Below, piece by piece: positions 60,054 through 64,000 of a stretch of 64,000 nt of DNA. Under the pieces are notes generated by a model. The model was not told the origin of the DNA, made no database searches, and saw only the letters and a program-made list of their open reading frames with translations. The position numbers and the translations under genes are program-made. The DNA is taken from positions 102,037 through 166,036 of the forward strand of contig CAIVRH010000029.1 of NCBI GenBank assembly GCA_903908285.1, written 5' to 3'. Position 1 is the stretch's first letter; each line of letters starts with the position of its first letter. The stretch is from an uncultured candidate division Zixibacteria bacterium (lineage in GTDB: Bacteria > Zixibacteria > MSB-5A5 > SM1-73).

Positions 60054-60245
60054 TGTATACCTCCTTGTTTACGACCTTTTTGCTTCTTTCACCCTCTCCC
60101 TTTATCCCTCTCCCACGGACGTGCCCCCAGACGGGAGCGCTGCGCGGGCACCGTCCGCTCGTCTGGGCATCGAGGGAGAGGGGAAATCAAAATCTCACCC
60201 CTGCCCTCTCTCCCTATTGAGGAGAGAGGGACCAAGGGGGAGAGG

Positions 60246-60842
60246 TTATTTAATAATGTGTAAAAAATCTCCCAAAAGAAACTGCATTCTTCCGATCAGA
60301 AGTGAAATCCGGGACATGACCGTGTAGCCGAAAGTGGCTCCGAAGAAAATCATTAGAAACCAGGTGCCCATCTTGGCAGTTGCGCCAAACCAGCCTTTGT
60401 GCTCCTTAGAGAAGAAGAAATAAGCCAAAGTCGATGCGATTCCCAAAAAAATGATGATCCCGTCTATGCTGGCAAAATCTTTCATGGATGCCTGCATCTG
60501 GCTGAACAATCTTGCCTGGATGGTGGCGGGTATGGCCACGCCCGCTCCTGCTCCGATGATCAAAGCTATGGATATCCGGGAAAGCCAGGTATATCTCGGA
60601 AAAAATCTCAGCAGCATGAAAATCCCCAGGATGCCCGGTATAATATAACCCAATTCCCCCTGTTTGAAAACAGGATTTACCAGTTTGGGCATAAGGGTGG
60701 TGTTTACCGCCATGACCAAAACATATCCCACTGATATGCCTACCAATAGATGCTCGGCGAATTTGTAAAAGGGATTGTCCTTATACAAAAACGAGAAGAT
60801 GCATAGGGTAAGGAAAGTGGCAATTAGAGTTTCGATGTTCAT
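60246..60842 (-). CDS. hypothetical integral membrane protein
   Basis: SFLYKDNP.YK.AEH..VG; M..FGA.FG.TVMSR.SLLIGR; about 6 TMs. Confidence 0.82.
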   Translation of the reverse strand: MNIETLIATFLTLCIFSFLYKDNPFYKFAEHLLVGISVGYVLVMAVNTTLMPKLVNPVFKQGELGYIIPGILGIFMLLRFFPRYTWLSRISIALIIGAGAGVAIPATIQARLFSQMQASMKDFASIDGIIIFLGIASTLAYFFFSKEHKGWFGATAKMGTWFLMIFFGATFGYTVMSRISLLIGRMQFLLGDFLHIIK

Positions 60843-61029
60843 AGTTTGTCCCGTCCGCCGACTGTCGTCCGCCGACCGCAGCAAAAACTTTAATATTTGG
60901 TTTTGCGGCGGACAGCGGACGGTTGACTGCGGACAATCTTATATTCTCACTGTTAAGTTTCCCAGCCACTTCAGTGGCGTATTTTATGAACCTGACTGAA
61001 GTCAGTTGGAATATGTCCACAGTCCACAG

Positions 61030-61860
61030 CTAAAGCGGTTTTGCTGTGGACCGTGGACTATCGACCGTGGACGTTTTTCTCCTTAAGAAATAAACCACAT
61101 TTCCCCAAACGATTATAAGAACTATGACCAGATGACTCACCGACTGCGCATCCATCCCCTTTTGACCCATCCCCGGTTTTTCAAGCAGAATTTCGTATTC
61201 TGCCGCACCTTTCAGCCCGCCTAACAGCCCGACCATTTGACCGGAGGAGAGAAACGGATAGAAACTGGTGGCCATCACCGCAGTGGTGGCACAGGCGAAT
61301 TTAGGGTGATAGCGCGAGACCGCATAATCCACCCAGGTAACCGGCAGATCACCGTCCGCTACGGAAATTATCAATTTGACTTCGTTATAGTTTTTGATAT
61401 CCTTCATCATCGGAATCCGGTCCAAAGAAGTGTTATTGTAATCCTGCGGAAAAACTCTTTTTATCTCCTCTCCCATTCCCAAGATAGCCGACTGGGCTTG
61501 CGGTCTGTATCCCAAAAACACATAATCCTCCCCATAATTAGCCTGATATTCGTTAGCGGTTTCCCTTAAGAGCTGCTCTCCGATTGCGGTTCCCTCTGCC
61601 ATAAGCGCCAGGGTGATCACCTTGAGTTTTTTCTGAAAACAATGGCGCAATATTGCTTGAGCCATCGGCTTAACCTCAGGTAGAGACGAAGCCTCGTGGT
61701 CAAAGGAGATCATCATCACCGAACCGGAGTCCAATTGCTCGATGCTTTCATATACATTCCTCACCTCGGTGGTGACCTGGTTGGGCAGTCCGATTTTGAT
61801 CACCAGAGGAATGGCGACGGAAAGAGCGATTAAGACGAATATCAATTGTCGAGACAACAT
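61030..61860 (-). CDS. hypothetical membrane-anchored protein with a periplasmic domain
   Basis: N- and C-terminal TMs; YG.DYV.LG, SGQ..GL.GG.KGAAEYE, MDAQS..H. Confidence 0.82.
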   Translation of the reverse strand: MLSRQLIFVLIALSVAIPLVIKIGLPNQVTTEVRNVYESIEQLDSGSVMMISFDHEASSLPEVKPMAQAILRHCFQKKLKVITLALMAEGTAIGEQLLRETANEYQANYGEDYVFLGYRPQAQSAILGMGEEIKRVFPQDYNNTSLDRIPMMKDIKNYNEVKLIISVADGDLPVTWVDYAVSRYHPKFACATTAVMATSFYPFLSSGQMVGLLGGLKGAAEYEILLEKPGMGQKGMDAQSVSHLVIVLIIVWGNVVYFLRRKTSTVDSPRSTAKPL

Positions 61861-62152
61861 TCTAGGTAATTTAAAATTCAAAGTTAAAAATTAAAAATTG
61901 CAATTCAAAATCCAAAATTATTACTGTCTTATAAAGGTTCTCACAATTTAATTTTTGATTCTATCTTTTCTGTTCCCCCTAACTACCGCCTTTGGTGGTT
62001 CGACTTCCTTCGGCTTCGCCTCTGGATAAATCGCTCACCATCCTGAGCAAATCGAAGGACGGGATTTTCTACCTACCCTCTCCCCGATGGGGAGAGGGAA
62101 TGTATTTCATCAAATTTGAACCTTGGATTAAAATTTTGCAATCTGTATATGT

Positions 62153-62773
62153 TTATTTCTTTCCAAGATACGTTCTCTCAATCCCCAGGATTATCCTCAA
62201 CGACGTGGAGATGGTTCCCAGCCCGATTCCGATGTAGAGACCTCTTTTGGCGGCCATGCTGGGGGTGTTCAAAATCCAGTTGGCGGAATCCGGAATCCAA
62301 TGGGAGATGAAACTGCCCAACGGAACGCGTCCTAACATGACGATGACCGCGACTAGAAGCAGCAGACCCGCTTCCCAGCTCCGGGCACGGAAACCCCGGT
62401 AGGCTGCCGATGCCACGAAGAATGCCAAAAGCGAGAACATGGTGGATTGCATCGGGGCTTGTATGGTATTGAACATCCACAGGAAGGGCGTTCTCTCTCC
62501 GGTTCCTTTCCAAAAACCAAAGATGACCATGACCACCAGTCCCGCCAAGCCGATCAGATTATATCCCCAGCCGGATTGAGTCCGGGTGATCTTCTTTGAG
62601 CTTAGTTTAACATAACTGATTACTCCAACCAGCAGGGTGAAAACGAAGATGATCTGCATCCAGTCTAAGACCGTCTGATAGGCGGAAACAGACACCCGGT
62701 GCGGAACAAAGAACTGCACCAGCATGAAGGCACCGAAGATAAAACAAACGATGATAGGAATGATTCTTTGCAT
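62153..62773 (-). CDS. hypothetical integral membrane protein
   Basis: P...TMFSLLAFFVASAAYR.FRAR..EA; R.ILGIER.YL. Confidence 0.82.
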   Translation of the reverse strand: MQRIIPIIVCFIFGAFMLVQFFVPHRVSVSAYQTVLDWMQIIFVFTLLVGVISYVKLSSKKITRTQSGWGYNLIGLAGLVVMVIFGFWKGTGERTPFLWMFNTIQAPMQSTMFSLLAFFVASAAYRGFRARSWEAGLLLLVAVIVMLGRVPLGSFISHWIPDSANWILNTPSMAAKRGLYIGIGLGTISTSLRIILGIERTYLGKK

Positions 62774-62963
62774 GTTAAGCAGAGTAAAATTCAAAAAGAA
62801 AAATTTAAAAGCAAAATCAAAAAATAGCGGAACTCAAAACATAAACTCTATCTCGATATATCACGGCATCTGAAAGAATATAGTATTTCAGACCTTTATT
62901 TCTCTTTTTGTCCGAAAGCCCATAGCGGGGCATTTCGGACCTACATGGAATTTTGAATTTCCT

Positions 62964-64000
62964 TCATCCTACATTAAAAAACTCAATAATCTTATTGAAG
63001 CCCAATATTCCCGCAACACCTCCAAGTAATATCAGAAAGACTATGACCACCTTTAACCAATCCTGACCTTTGATGCTACCCAAAACCTGTTTATCCTGGG
63101 ACAAATACCCGCTGGCGACGAAAAGCTCTTCACCGATCAAAGTATAATCGCACGCAACAATAAAAAAGGCAAGTTGGATGGTGGAATCGGTTCCGGCGAT
63201 CTGAAAAGCTCCGATAGAGTTGCCGGTTTCAGCCAAGATCAGCGCTTCGGCTTCGAATGTCCCCAAGAACATGTTGGTGGCGGGAAGCTGTCGGGTCATG
63301 ATCCCATCCACTGCCGCTGCGTAACCAAACTGGCTCTGGGTGACAAAGAATATGTTATCGGGATGGTATGCCTCGGGATGACCTGCCCGGGAACATGCCT
63401 CTTTGACCACCTCCTGGGCAGTAGTCATCACCACCGGATCATAGTTGGGGAATATCAGAGGAGTATTGTATTCTGCGGTCTTCTCCGCCACACTGGAAAG
63501 AATATTCATGGATGCCATGGTGGCAACCCGGTCCATCTTTCCCAAACCCGCAGAGTAGAGTATCGGCTTTCCCATTTCGGTGGCCCGGCCGATGGCATCA
63601 TCGATGGCTTGTAGACCGGAGATGGGTCTGATATAAAGCTTTTTGGCTTTTTTGGCATACCGGACGAATCCGAGTATAAATATGAAAGAAATGATTACAC
63701 CCAAAAGGACGTTGACTCGCTGGGTATGAAACCATTGGCCGCGGGAGATTACCGGACCAGTTATGGGAGAAACCAAGACATCCGCTCCCTTTCTGTATTT
63801 CAGAAGATAGGAATATCTTATGCCATCCTTAACACCGGTATCGATGTATGTTGTCTCTTTTGACGAGACTTTCGCCACCAACTGAAAATTCTCATCCATG
63901 TCTGTTGCTCTCCAGATTTCATATTCACTGATGGCGGGGTCTTCGGACAAACCTTCCAAAGCCAGGGTGATGCTTTCACCCTTGTCGTTGGGAGTATCCA
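62964..64000 (-). CDS. FN3-like + DUF6754-like membrane protein (5' end beyond the window)
   Basis: Y.IWRA...Y.D....G..Y.Y FN3 pattern; IRPISGL.AIDDAIGRATEMGKP, AE.G...GA.QIAGT, DYTLIGEELF..S.YLS. Confidence 0.8.
   Translation of the reverse strand, partial: DTPNDKGESITLALEGLSEDPAISEYEIWRATDMDENFQLVAKVSSKETTYIDTGVKDGIRYSYLLKYRKGADVLVSPITGPVISRGQWFHTQRVNVLLGVIISFIFILGFVRYAKKAKKLYIRPISGLQAIDDAIGRATEMGKPILYSAGLGKMDRVATMASMNILSSVAEKTAEYNTPLIFPNYDPVVMTTAQEVVKEACSRAGHPEAYHPDNIFFVTQSQFGYAAAVDGIMTRQLPATNMFLGTFEAEALILAETGNSIGAFQIAGTDSTIQLAFFIVACDYTLIGEELFVASGYLSQDKQVLGSIKGQDWLKVVIVFLILLGGVAGILGFNKIIEFFNVG

Noticed and set aside
1..64000. tRNA, rRNA and DnaA-box clusters
   Set aside because: None recognised by eye; GGTTCGA hits lie in REP-like repeats or lack cloverleaf context.

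Overview
A chromosomal window from a diderm bacterium, probably close to the replication origin: it holds mnmG, mnmE, gyrA and a parS-like palindrome. Dockerin-tailed secreted enzymes, SBBP beta-propellers with FlgD-Ig/T9SS-like tails and an S74 tail-fibre protein suggest an FCB-group lineage such as candidate Zixibacteria (inference). Almost all genes are on the minus strand. The most unusual part is ~6.7-20.5 kb, between mnmG and an ABC-2 (NodIJ-like) exporter. It is a co-oriented array of small accessory and defence genes: Lamassu/ABC-3C, a PD-(D/E)XK nuclease, a TM-receiver protein and a papain-caspase-EEP nuclease trio. About ten copies of one GTAG-hairpin element separate the genes. The array also holds three duplicated 3' ends of the ABC permease, two duplicated 5' ends of an FMN reductase, a consensus promoter at its head and one attC-like site, but no integrase. 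Elsewhere: a NuoE/NuoF-GltD/2Fe-2S + FMN glutamate synthase operon beside gdh; gene insertions marked by target duplications (endonuclease Q 5' end, tail-fibre flanks); a heptamer-repeat frameshift in one of three SBBP paralogs; an uncharacterised four-gene membrane cluster; and many nested REP-like palindromes. All calls come from reading motifs by eye; no searches were run.
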